A stretch of 64,000 nucleotides of DNA from a bacterium. GTDB taxonomy: Bacteria > Zhuqueibacterota > Zhuqueibacteria > Oceanimicrobiales > Oceanimicrobiaceae. Positions 27,580-37,743 of the stretch are shown here, one piece after another. The DNA lies in the NCBI GenBank assembly GCA_037446635.1, contig JBBIIG010000003.1, positions 66,635-130,634 of the forward strand, given 5' to 3'. The notes beneath the pieces are model-generated. The model ran no database searches. It worked only from the letters and a program-made list of their open reading frames with translations, and was not told the origin of the DNA. The stretch's first letter is position 1. Every line of letters begins with the position of its first letter. Both the position numbers and the translations under genes were made by a program.

Positions 27580-30500
27580 ATGAAACTTCCATCACCCAGG
27601 CATTATCAAAAAATTTTACTGGCGGTCCTGATTTTGGCTTTGCTGGCAATCTATTTCTGCAAAAGGCAGCCCCTTGATTTGGGAAAAATCGAGGCAGATC
27701 TGGCCGCGGGCGATTCACTCGACGTTGAAACTTTCGGCGACATCGTTCAACATTTTGAGAAATACGATCTGCCCGATAGCACTTACGCGCGCATCAACGC
27801 CGAATTGCAGCACAATCAATTCATCAACCTCCGCGACACGGCGCTTGCTCACCGCTTGCAGATTTTGAAAGATTCAACGATGAGTTTGGCTGCCAAAACC
27901 TCTTTTTTTAAAGATAAAAAGTATGCGCTGTTTTCTCTAATCACAAAGTTGTTCAACCACTGTTTATATCTGAAAAAATTCGCGCCGGGAAAAAAAAGTG
28001 AGTTGGACGAAAGCCGGAAAGCCGCCGAAACCGCGATCGCGATTTACGACGACCCACACGAAAAAAACTTTCTCCTCTCTCAAAGAGATTTTTATGAAAC
28101 CCTGCCGCCGGAACATCTGGAAACCAGATTGCGTCTCGAATACTTAACAACACAAAGCCACGGGCTATCGGAATCGGATCCAAACCGTGCTCTGCAGCAT
28201 CTCGGCGCCGGTTTGAAGCTGGCGCGAATTCTGGGCGATCAAAAGAGGAAAATCGATCTACTCACAAACCTGCAATTCATTCTTTATAACAACTTCGGCT
28301 TCACGGAAATCGGGCTGGGGTTTGGCAAACGTCTTTTAGCCGAGAGCGATTCCATCGGCTATATCGTAAAAACCGGAGGGATCAAATTTCAAAACGGCCA
28401 CTGCCACCTGGATAAAGGCCAGTTTCCCAAAGCGTTCGATGAATACAAATACGCGCTCGAACTTTACGAAAATTATAACTACCCCCCTATGATTATTCGC
28501 ATGCATGAACGCATGGGCGTGGTGCTCCGCCGCATGGGGGAATTCGGAAAGGCCATTGAAAACTACGAAAAAATCTTTCAGCGCGAAAAAGAATTTAATG
28601 AAACCTCCGCGGAAATTGATTACTTAATCGGCCGCGGTTTGGTTTATGCGGAAATGGGCAAAAACGTCGCCGCGGATAGTTTTTATCAGCAGGCGCTGGG
28701 TCTCGCCAAAATATCAAGGGATCCAACCGAGCGCGCCATCGTCTTAGGCAATCTCGGAAACCTGTACCTCGATATCGGGCATTACGAAAAAGCTCGAGCA
28801 GTTACAGAGGAAGCCTATGCGCTGATCGATTCAGTAGGCAACCCCCACACCAAAATCTCACTATCGAATATTCTGATTGAAATATTAGCGGAGACCAACC
28901 AGTACGAAGACGCCAAATTATTGGCGGAAAAAACCCTCCGCAAACTCACGAAACATCAGTTCGGACTGCTGGAGGCAGACTCGTATTTGTGCATTGGCAA
29001 ATTGCACTTTCAAATCGGCGATTGGCAGAAGGCATTTGAGCTATTTGAGCAAGCCCGCGCTATCTCCGAGAAAAAGGGGTTCATCGTCAACCACATTGAA
29101 TCGCTGACGATGCTGGCCGAAACTTGCCGCCGCCAAGCCCAACTCAAAAGCGCGACAGAATTCATCAACACAGCTTTAAAGTTGTGCAAGCGATATCCAT
29201 TTGCCGATCCAAAATGGCACGCCTACTTCGGGCTGGCGCGCATTGAGCGCGACACCGGCGACATCGCCGCGGCGGAAGCAAATTTCGATGAAGCAATTGG
29301 CATCGTCAAAACCCTCGCCGCCGAAATCAAAGATACCGAAGGCCGCTCCAATTTCTCGGAAAAAATCCAGCCGATATTCGAAGAAATGGTGCTGCTGCAG
29401 TTGGCGCAAAATGACAACGACGACGCGCATTTTTATGCTGAACTGGAGCGCGCCCAAGTGTTCAAAGTTCTGCTGCAACAAAACTTCACCGGCAAAGCCG
29501 CGCCAGAATCCATCACGGTCAGCACCTTCCAACTGGGGAAAAAAGAAAACCCCCTGTCCTTTACGCTGCCGAATTTGCAGTCGCTGCTGCGCGCCAACGA
29601 GCTGGTGGTGGAATATGAATTGACCGAAAGCCTTTTGATTATCTGGGTGATTGGCCGCAACACATTTGCGGTTGCAACAAAGACAATCAGCCGCAATACG
29701 ATTAACAATTGGGTTAAAGATTTCCGAACCTGCACAAATTTAGACACGTTGTACAATCGCGCCAAAGTCGCCGAAAATTACACCAAGATTGAATCGTTGT
29801 GCAGGCGTTTTTATGACGAACTCATCTCCCCAATTGCTGAGCACTTAAGCGATGCCGGACTGATCTATTTCATCCCCGATGAAACCTTAAACTATCTGTC
29901 CTTCGCCGCTTTGATGGACAACGCCGGAGAATTTTTGATCCGCCGCCACCCCATCGTCATGATGCCCAGCGCGGAAATTCTTTATCAATTGCTTTCATCG
30001 AAAACCAGCAGCACGGTTGGCTCAAATACTTTGCTGGTGGCGGCGACCAACCCGGATTTGGAATATTCATTTGTGGAAGCGCGAGTGGTGGCGAAAAAAT
30101 TTGCAGAAGTCGATTCGCTCATTGGAGAGGGTAAAACCGAACTCGAGTTGAAGCATAAACTCACAACCAAATCTTTTGACGTCATATTGTTATCGCTGCA
30201 CGGTCGAGTGAATGAAAAGCGTCCCCATCTGTCATCGTTGGTTTTAAATAGGGCCATTGCAGAAAGCAGCGCCGTGATGGATAACGATGCTCAACTGATG
30301 CTCTCCGAGATTCAACCATTGCCGTTGGACGCCACCAATTTAGTTTATCTCTCCGCCTGCGAAAGCGCTTCGGGAAGGCTCTATCGCGGCGAGGGCATCG
30401 TGGGCTTGCAGCGGGCGTTCCTGATTGCCGGCGCAAGCTCGGTCATCGCCAATCTTTGGAAAATAGATGACAAGAGCGCCCAAAAACAGACGGAGGCGTT

Positions 30501-30657
30501 TTTTGACATTTGGCTGCAAAAGAAAATTTCGAAAGCCCAGGCCCTGCAGGAAGCGCAACTCAATCTCATCGACAATTTGAAAAACAACCCAGTTTACAAG
30601 GGCAAGGCCCACCCCTGTCTGTGGGCGTCGGTTACGTTAACGGGAATTCCAAATTAA
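27580..30657 (+). CDS. TPR-CHAT (caspase-like cysteine protease) protein with N-terminal signal/anchor
   Basis: Hydrophobic N-terminus ending AIYFC, many TPRs, and CHAT motifs IPDETLNYLSFAAL, LSLHG (His), LSACES (Cys), GEGIVGLQRAFLIAGA and HPCLWA. Confidence 0.93.
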   Translation: MKLPSPRHYQKILLAVLILALLAIYFCKRQPLDLGKIEADLAAGDSLDVETFGDIVQHFEKYDLPDSTYARINAELQHNQFINLRDTALAHRLQILKDSTMSLAAKTSFFKDKKYALFSLITKLFNHCLYLKKFAPGKKSELDESRKAAETAIAIYDDPHEKNFLLSQRDFYETLPPEHLETRLRLEYLTTQSHGLSESDPNRALQHLGAGLKLARILGDQKRKIDLLTNLQFILYNNFGFTEIGLGFGKRLLAESDSIGYIVKTGGIKFQNGHCHLDKGQFPKAFDEYKYALELYENYNYPPMIIRMHERMGVVLRRMGEFGKAIENYEKIFQREKEFNETSAEIDYLIGRGLVYAEMGKNVAADSFYQQALGLAKISRDPTERAIVLGNLGNLYLDIGHYEKARAVTEEAYALIDSVGNPHTKISLSNILIEILAETNQYEDAKLLAEKTLRKLTKHQFGLLEADSYLCIGKLHFQIGDWQKAFELFEQARAISEKKGFIVNHIESLTMLAETCRRQAQLKSATEFINTALKLCKRYPFADPKWHAYFGLARIERDTGDIAAAEANFDEAIGIVKTLAAEIKDTEGRSNFSEKIQPIFEEMVLLQLAQNDNDDAHFYAELERAQVFKVLLQQNFTGKAAPESITVSTFQLGKKENPLSFTLPNLQSLLRANELVVEYELTESLLIIWVIGRNTFAVATKTISRNTINNWVKDFRTCTNLDTLYNRAKVAENYTKIESLCRRFYDELISPIAEHLSDAGLIYFIPDETLNYLSFAALMDNAGEFLIRRHPIVMMPSAEILYQLLSSKTSSTVGSNTLLVAATNPDLEYSFVEARVVAKKFAEVDSLIGEGKTELELKHKLTTKSFDVILLSLHGRVNEKRPHLSSLVLNRAIAESSAVMDNDAQLMLSEIQPLPLDATNLVYLSACESASGRLYRGEGIVGLQRAFLIAGASSVIANLWKIDDKSAQKQTEAFFDIWLQKKISKAQALQEAQLNLIDNLKNNPVYKGKAHPCLWASVTLTGIPN

Positions 30658-30679
30658 AACAAACTCCAGGAGGTGAATT

Positions 30680-30757
30680 ATGCACCCAATGAACCGTTCC
30701 TTTGACGCCGATGTGATCGACCCGCGCGACGGCCCCGGCCCGGATCCCATTCGCTAA
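30680..30757 (+). CDS. 25-aa peptide MHPMNRSFDADVIDPRDGPGPDPIR (not in ORF track)
   Basis: SD AGGAGGTG at 30668-30675. The ATG follows 22 nt after the CHAT stop, and a terminator-like stem lies downstream. Confidence 0.65.
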   Translation: MHPMNRSFDADVIDPRDGPGPDPIR

Positions 30758-30810
30758 GCGCGGTCATCAAAACAAAAGCCGACTTTTACGAACCTAAATA
30801 AATAATCCCC

Positions 30811-30876
30811 CGCAGAGGTCGCTCAGAGCGCAGGGGCTCCTGAAAAAACTCTGCGTTCTCAGCGCTCTCTGCGGTT
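30811..30876. repeat. REP-like inverted repeat (CGCAGAG...CTCTGCG family)
   Basis: CGCAGAGGTCGCTCAGAGCGCAG ... CTCTGCGTTCTCAGCGCTCTCTGCGG. A related element lies at 35321-35404. Confidence 0.6.
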
Positions 30877-30956
30877 ATGAATTAAAGTCGGCTTTCTTTT
30901 TTTGCCTCTCTGCGTCTTTGCGTGCGCTCTTCTTTTGGGAGAATTCGCCCAACTGC

Positions 30957-32456
30957 TCAGGCGCGGCTTTTGGGACTCGCAGGCTGAAAAAACGGCGCCC
31001 ACTTTTCCGGCGGCGAGGGCTTGGTTAGCAAGCTGACCACCACCAGCAAACTCACCGACATCATCACGCCGGGAATGACGATGTAATCGCTGCTGGCGAA
31101 GTCGAACTCTGTCCCCCCCAACGTCATCGTGAAATCGACTCCGAGTCGGCTCAATATGCCAATTCCGACGATGCTTGCTAACCCACCGGCAATACAGGCG
31201 ACTCCCCCTTGAGGCGTGATCCGCTTCCACAGAAATGCCGCCAGCAGCGCCGGAGTCAAGCTGGCGCCCACCAGCGAATAGGCGTAAAGCGCCATCGAAA
31301 GAACCGTCTGAAACTGGGTTAAAAGCACGATGCCCAGTCCCCCAAACAAAAAAACAAAGGTTCGCTGCACCGCCACTTTTTTGGCGTCCGTTGCCTGGGG
31401 GTTGATGTACCGCTCATAAATATCCCGGCTGACGTTGGTGGAAGGCACCAGCAGAAATGAGTTCCCCGTGGACAGCACGATGGCGATGGCCGCCGCCAGC
31501 AAAATCGCGCCGCCCAAAAGCGGCAGCCCGTGGCGGGCCGTATAAAGAATGACGGTTTCCGAGGCGGCGCGGCCAACGATGGTAGTTTGCTCCATCAAAT
31601 CCGGAAAGGCGGCGCGGCCAACGATGGCAACCAAAGCCAGCGCGGTCTCGATCAAAATGATTCCTACCACCATGCCCACCACCGCTTTGCGCGCGGCGGT
31701 TTCATCTTTGGCGGAGAAAAATTTCTGATACATGCCGCTCTCCCCTAAAATCAACAAAAACGTCGGCATCGCCACCCCCATCACCCACAGCACGTTGTGG
31801 CCGCCGAGAACGGTAGAATGGTGTTCGGGCAACCGCGCCAGCACTTCGCGCACTCCGCCGACTTCAAAAACCATATACGGCAAAGCCAGAAGAATTCCAA
31901 CGGTGATGATGATTCCGTTGAAAACATCCACGGTCACAATCGAGACCATGCCGGCGAGCGCGGTGAAAGTCACAATGGCAGCGGCGGTGATGTAAATGCC
32001 CTGCGTCGGCGAAATTACGCCGTCGGTGACGATACTTAAAATCCAGCCGCCGCCGCGAAACTGGTACGCGGCGATGGTTACATAAGCCAGAATGATGGCA
32101 ATGGTGCCGAGAACCCGGGCGGCGGAGTTGTAGCGCTGTTCCAGCAAATCGGGAACGGTGTATTGGGCGATGCGGCGTACGCGGCCGGCGATAAAATACG
32201 CCACCAACAAACCCGCCCACCCGCCAAAAGAAAACCACAACTCGGCGATGCCGGTGCGATACGCCAGCCCGGCGCCGCCAAACAGCGAACCCGAGCCGAT
32301 CCAGGTGCAAACCAGCGTTCCCACCAATAATGGCACCGGCACCGAGCGCCCGGCCACCATGAAGTCGGCGTGGCTCTTGACAGAACGGGAACGCCACAGG
32401 CTGACGCCCACCAATATAATCGGATAAATGAGAACCACTGCCACCAAAAGATTCAT
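30957..32456 (-). CDS. Sodium:solute symporter family protein
   Basis: DFMVAGRS, TWIGSGSLFG, TVPDLLEQRY and about 13 TM helices. ATG at 32456 with SD GGGAGG. Confidence 0.92.
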   Translation of the reverse strand: MNLLVAVVLIYPIILVGVSLWRSRSVKSHADFMVAGRSVPVPLLVGTLVCTWIGSGSLFGGAGLAYRTGIAELWFSFGGWAGLLVAYFIAGRVRRIAQYTVPDLLEQRYNSAARVLGTIAIILAYVTIAAYQFRGGGWILSIVTDGVISPTQGIYITAAAIVTFTALAGMVSIVTVDVFNGIIITVGILLALPYMVFEVGGVREVLARLPEHHSTVLGGHNVLWVMGVAMPTFLLILGESGMYQKFFSAKDETAARKAVVGMVVGIILIETALALVAIVGRAAFPDLMEQTTIVGRAASETVILYTARHGLPLLGGAILLAAAIAIVLSTGNSFLLVPSTNVSRDIYERYINPQATDAKKVAVQRTFVFLFGGLGIVLLTQFQTVLSMALYAYSLVGASLTPALLAAFLWKRITPQGGVACIAGGLASIVGIGILSRLGVDFTMTLGGTEFDFASSDYIVIPGVMMSVSLLVVVSLLTKPSPPEKWAPFFQPASPKSRA

Positions 32457-32537
32457 AGCGGTTTCCTCCCTCAAATAAAAATTAGCTCGAATAGTAACTC
32501 GCTCCCACGCTGAGCTTGGGAGCGAGTTAAAAACATT

Positions 32538-32604
32538 GGACACGGATTTGCGCAGATGAACGCAGCGGGAATAATCTGTGAAAATCTGCGTAATTTGCGT
32601 CCCC
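32538..32604. repeat. REP-like inverted repeat
   Basis: GGACACGGATTTGCGCAGAT ... ATCTGCGTAATTTGCGTCC. Confidence 0.5.
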
Positions 32605-32631
32605 AATCATTTCTGCAACATCCTGAATCCC

Positions 32632-35256
32632 CTACGGCACGCTGTTCCCGCGCACCAAACCGATGGCGTAGCGACCCGTGGTGAAATATTTTTGCGCGGC
32701 GCGCAAAATATCTTCGCGGGTGACTTGCGCGACGCGCCGGGGAAAATTCTCGATCTCATCCAGGTCTTTTCCAAGAAGAAAATTGTGCGCGTTCTCGGTC
32801 ATCTGCGCGTGATAGGTTTCAAGCCCGATTTGAAATGAGCCGATGGTGTAGCGCACGGCGCGCTCCAACTCCTCCGCTGTAATTGGCTCTTTGGTTAATT
32901 TTTCGAATTCCCGCAGCAGTCCGGATTTGGCGATTTCTTCCTTCTCGGGGGAAGTCGCAATATACGAAACAAACGCGCCGGCGTGCAGCCGCGCCACTAA
33001 AAACGCCGAAACCGAATAGGCTAAGCTCTGCCGGCCGCGCAGCTCCTCAAAAAATCGTCCGCCCAATCCCGAAATAACATTTTGCAGAACGGTCAACGCG
33101 TAGTAATCATCGTCGCCGTACGACGGCCCAGTAAATCCCAACGCCAGCGCCGACTGTTGTTTGTTGCGGGTCTCCATTTTTTCTGTGATGTGCGCGGGAC
33201 GCGGCGCAGTCAATTGGTTTTTATTCCGGCGCGGCGAGGGTTCGAGTCCGCCCAATTTTTGCTCGACGAGCTCGAAAAGCCGCTCAGCTTCAACGTCGCC
33301 CACCACCGCCAGCAGCATATTTTCTGGCTGAAACAGCCGACGATGCCAGGCTTGCACCTCCGCGCGATTGAAATTCATGATGCGCTCGGTTTCGCCGTTG
33401 GCCGGCAGCCCGTAGGGGTGATTTTCAAAAAGCGCCGAATAAAACAGATTGAGGGGGCGCTGAAACATATCGTCTTTCTCGCGCAGGATCAACGCCGCGG
33501 TGTTGTCTTTTTCCTTCGCCAATTCCAGATCGGGAAAATTCGCCGCGGCGATGATCTCCGCCAAAATATCGAAGCCCGCCGCTAAATTTTTGGAGAGAAT
33601 GGAGAGGGAGTAATAGCAGTAATCGGCGTGGTTGGAAAAATGAATGGCGCTGCCCAAATTTTCCATCGCCAGCGCCAGCGCCGCGGCGCTGCGATTCGGC
33701 GTTCCCTTCAGCGAGGTTCGCAGCGCCAGCCCCGTCAAGCCGGCGGTCTCAGGCGTCTCCAAAGCCCGTCCGCCTTTTGCAAATATTCCCAGCGACGCCA
33801 TCGGCAGTTGATGAATTTGTTTGATCAGCACCGCCAGACCGTTTGCGAGTTGGTATGGTTTGATTTCCCCAACGCCGCCGTCTTTATTGGCAATTGGCGG
33901 CAACACCTCCGGCGCGGCCTCCCACTGCGCGGGCATCCCTTGCGCAGCTTCACGGATGGTAAAATACTTTTCCAGCTCCGCGGCCATCTCTTCGGCGGTC
34001 GCTGCCGGCAGCTCTGCCGACTCCGGAACATACTCCAAAACGCTGCCGTTCTCCAGCGTCAAATACTGATTGGCGACCCGCACAACATCAGCCGGGGTGA
34101 CCGAATAAAGTTTTTGCAAATACTCGTCAGCCAGACGGTAATCGCCCAGCGCCTCATAAGCTGCCAGCAGATTCGCCTGCCCGGCAACCGTTTCCTGACT
34201 GAAAATATACAGCGACTCGATGAGGTTCCGCGCCCGCGTCAATTCCGCGGCGGTCACCCCTTCTTTTTGCAGCTTCGCGATCTCGGCCATGATCGCCGCA
34301 ATGGTTTCCCGCAAATTTTCTGGCTTGGCAACCGCCTCGCTCAAAAACAAGCCCACGTCCGGCAAAATATAATTGGCGGCCGAAATGGAATGCACCAACC
34401 GCTTTTCCTCTTTGATGTTTTGAAAGAGCCGGGAGCTGCGGCCGCGGCCAAGAATGACCGCCAGCATCTCCAGGGCGTAGGAATCCGGGTGCAGCAGCGG
34501 CGGCGCGTGAAAACCGATTTCGAGATACGCTTGCTGAATGTCTCCCCGCAAATGGCGGTACCGGAGCTGGCGCTGCGGCGGCTCCGGCGGCGACTCGTCT
34601 TTCAACAGCTCGCCGCGCTCGAAATCGCCATAGTAGTTTTCAATTTCAGAAAGAGCGCGCGCCGTCTCGACATCGCCCACCACCACCAGGATAATATTTT
34701 CGGGGCGATACAGATTTTTGTGAAAAGTCAAAAAGTCGTCGCGAGTGAGGGCGCGCAGCCCCTGCTCGCTGCCGATACGCCAGCGCCGCATGCGGTGGCG
34801 GTCGAACGCCAGCTCGAACAATTTTTCCGAAGCCACCGCAGACGGGGAATCGAGCTTGCGCTTGGCTTCCTCGATCACCACTTCGGTCTCTTTCTTCAAC
34901 TCCTCGGGAGCGAAAACGGAATGCAGCAGCGCGTCGGATTGAATGTCTAAACCGCGGGAAAAATTCTCGCTGGGCAAAACCGTGTAGTAAACAGTGTGAT
35001 CGTAGGTGGTGCTGGCGTTGAGGTAGCCGCCGAGGGATTTGGTTTCGTTGCCAATCTCGCCGACGCCGCGGCGGCGCGTGCCCTTAAAAAACATGTGCTC
35101 GAGGAGATGGGAAATCCCAACCAGGCGATCGCTCTCATTAAAATAACCAGCTTTGACATAAGTAACGATAGCCACAGTTGGCGAGGTGTGATCCTCTTTG
35201 ATCAAAACCGTCAGGCCGTTGTAAAGAACGTGTTTGGCGACTTCGGAACTGATCAT
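32632..35256 (-). CDS. M16 (pitrilysin) family zinc peptidase, two-module form
   Basis: GISHLLEHMFFKGT (HxxEH), NASTTYDHTVY, and a second non-catalytic module. Confidence 0.95.
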   Translation of the reverse strand: MISSEVAKHVLYNGLTVLIKEDHTSPTVAIVTYVKAGYFNESDRLVGISHLLEHMFFKGTRRRGVGEIGNETKSLGGYLNASTTYDHTVYYTVLPSENFSRGLDIQSDALLHSVFAPEELKKETEVVIEEAKRKLDSPSAVASEKLFELAFDRHRMRRWRIGSEQGLRALTRDDFLTFHKNLYRPENIILVVVGDVETARALSEIENYYGDFERGELLKDESPPEPPQRQLRYRHLRGDIQQAYLEIGFHAPPLLHPDSYALEMLAVILGRGRSSRLFQNIKEEKRLVHSISAANYILPDVGLFLSEAVAKPENLRETIAAIMAEIAKLQKEGVTAAELTRARNLIESLYIFSQETVAGQANLLAAYEALGDYRLADEYLQKLYSVTPADVVRVANQYLTLENGSVLEYVPESAELPAATAEEMAAELEKYFTIREAAQGMPAQWEAAPEVLPPIANKDGGVGEIKPYQLANGLAVLIKQIHQLPMASLGIFAKGGRALETPETAGLTGLALRTSLKGTPNRSAAALALAMENLGSAIHFSNHADYCYYSLSILSKNLAAGFDILAEIIAAANFPDLELAKEKDNTAALILREKDDMFQRPLNLFYSALFENHPYGLPANGETERIMNFNRAEVQAWHRRLFQPENMLLAVVGDVEAERLFELVEQKLGGLEPSPRRNKNQLTAPRPAHITEKMETRNKQQSALALGFTGPSYGDDDYYALTVLQNVISGLGGRFFEELRGRQSLAYSVSAFLVARLHAGAFVSYIATSPEKEEIAKSGLLREFEKLTKEPITAEELERAVRYTIGSFQIGLETYHAQMTENAHNFLLGKDLDEIENFPRRVAQVTREDILRAAQKYFTTGRYAIGLVRGNSVP

Positions 35257-35320
35257 TAGTGAAATCTTTTAAACAGAATTATCCAAAACGAAGTGCACAG
35301 CAGTCGGCCGAAACCAAATT

Positions 35321-35404
35321 AACCGCAAAGTTCACTAAGAAAACGCGAAGGGCGCAAAGAGAAAATTTAGCGATCTTTGCGCTCGCCTTGCGTTCTTTGC
35401 GGTA
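35321..35404. repeat. REP-like inverted repeat
   Basis: AACCGCAAAG...CGCAAAGA / TCTTTGCG...CTTTGCGGT. Confidence 0.55.
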
Positions 35405-35415
35405 AGTTGATGCTT

Positions 35416-37615
35416 TCACAGTTTTTCGTTCACCACCGTCTCGCCGTTTTTGGGTTCAACGATGGGAACGATCAGCTCCTGGCCGGCTGTGAGCCGCAGC
35501 AGGTCCGCCTGCGGATTGTAGCGTTTGATCAACCAGTAGGGAATTTCGAACTCGCGATTGCAGATGATCCAAATGTTTTCGCCGCGCTTGACTTTATACA
35601 CAGTCTCGCCGCCGACGCTGTAATTGTTATAAAAATCTTCCTCGATGCCCTGATGGTATTCCAGCCGCCGGCGATGGAATTCTTCCGGCGTAACATTTTC
35701 AAAGGTCAGCAACAGGGGCTGCTCGATGCGGATCGGCTCAGAATGAGAAAGCCGGTTCAAATTGCGCAACCGCTGAGTTGAGGTTTGCAGCCACTCGGCG
35801 AAGTGACCAAGGGTTTCATCCGGCTCCACTCGCACCTGTCCATTCTGGGGGAAATCCAGCGTTCGCAGCGAGATTTGCGCCAGCGCGTGTTGCGGTGTAC
35901 GCACCACCCGGGTATGCCAGTCGCGCGTCATCTCAACATAAAAATCGGGAAGGGCCACCTCCATCTCTTGCTCGAAGGCGGCCGCGAGCTGTTTCAGATC
36001 TGGCGCGTCTGCCGGCAACGCCGGTTTGTCTGCGATCGTCACTTTCTTTGCCGGCGTGGGCTTGGTGGGCGCAGGCGCCGCATCGACTTTAGGCGGTTCC
36101 TTTTCAGCAACCGCAGCGGCGGGCGCGTGCTCTGTTACCGGGGGAGCATCCAGTATCACCGGCGGCTGATCTTTCTTTCGCAAATCCGCTTCCGCCAATT
36201 GCGGCGGCGCTGGCGGCGACACGGGGGGAGCGGCGGCCCGGGTCGCCGGCGGCGTACTGGTTCCAGATGGAATTTGTAAGTTCTGCCCGGGGTATATCAA
36301 ATGCGCGCGCTCGAGGTTGTTCAACGCCAACAGTCAGTTCGTTCACCGAGACGCCGTACTTTCGGGCGATGGCGCTAAGATTTTCACCGCGGGCCACGGT
36401 GTGCCATTCGGGGTGAATCTGTTCAGTGAAACGCTCTTTGGGCGAAATGCGGGCGTAGATTTCATCGGTGTGCAAGTTCTCCCGCATGGGCGCGCGAATT
36501 TTAAAATTCTTCGGAATGCGTCGTTTCGACTCCAGCACCGGCGGCCGCAGCGCCGGATTCAACTCAGCAAATTCTTCGAGATCGATCTCTAATAATTTTG
36601 TGAGAGTTTTGACGCTCAAGAAATCGGGGGTCTCGAAGGTGATGAAGTCAATGGGCTTATGAAATTCAATATCTCCGAAGTAGTGTCGATAGTTGTTGGT
36701 CACGTGCAGAGCCGCCAGAAACTCGGCGTAAAAATTTCGCGAAGCAAACCCGAAGCTTCGGCTCTGATAGTTTTGCACGATGACGCCCAGGTCGTCTCCG
36801 TGCAGCTCGCGGGCGCGTTTCATGCCGTTCAGCCCGTGGTTGTAAGCGGTGATCGCCAGCGGCCAACTGCCGAGAACTTCGTAATTGCGTTTCAAATGGC
36901 GAGCGGCGCTCTCGGTGGCGGTGATGGGATCGAGCCGTTCATCCACTTCGTAATTAACTCTCATGTACAAGCGCGCAGTCGGCCGGGTGAACTGCCAGAT
37001 GCCGGCCGCTCCCATCTTGGAGTAGGCTTTATAATTAAATGAAGATTCCACGTGCGGCAGGGTCAGCAGCTCCAGCGGCAGACCCTCAGCGCGGAAGACG
37101 TCGCGCATTATCGAAAGGTAACGGCCCGAGCGCTCCAACCCCAATTTGAAGCGTTCCTTCAAACCCGATTGCGCACGAATGTTGCCGGCTGCACGCTGCA
37201 AACGCGCCGCATCGAACTGCCAGCGAAAAAGCTCGCCGACGCGTCGCTCACGCTCGGAGAGACTCGCCGTCTGCGATGGTACAGTATCGGAGAATTTTAG
37301 AAGAATGGCGCGATACTCTTTTTTGATCTCCTCCACCCGCTTCCACTGCAGACGCTCGCTAATTTGCACGCCGCGGAACAGGCTGTCGAGATGAATGACT
37401 TCATAAACAATGCTCAAGTCCTCAGAATCGTGAAGCACAACCTCGCGCTCCGAGTAGTGGGCGTAAATGTTTTTCCAAAAATTTACATTGGGTTTGAGGA
37501 TTTCAGGAGTGGGAAACAAAGAGCTTGAAAAGCTGTTCATTTGCGCAGGAACGGCATCACAAACCAACAACAAAAAAGCCGGCGGCAACCAAAATCTTAA
37601 CCTGTTCAGAATCAT
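35416..37615 (-). pseudogene. MltD-like lytic transglycosylase with LysM domains, split by a 4-bp duplication
   Basis: LPHVESSF, GIWQF and ITAYNHG. A LysM domain is broken at CAGTCAGT (36331-36338), and removing one copy restores VSVNELLALNNLERAHLIYPGQNLQIP. Confidence 0.85.
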
Positions 37616-37743
37616 TCGGCACCAGAAATTTTTTAAAAATTACACCCCAATCGAGACGCAAATTCCATTTCCCCAAATAATAAACAGGCAGGAAGAACGA
37701 TTGCGGGCTAAAAATGTATCGGAAAGAAAATCAAATGACTTGA

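Noticed and set aside
27580..30657. Type III-E CRISPR (Craspase) or gasdermin system
   Set aside because: No Cas7-11, Csx30/31, CRISPR array or gasdermin-like ORF is recognisable nearby.
33628..34950. Long antisense ORFs (for example 33628-34950, 12090-13013, 56391-57629, 16482-17474)
   Set aside because: They are shadows of well-supported genes on the opposite strand in GC-rich DNA and have no recognisable motifs.
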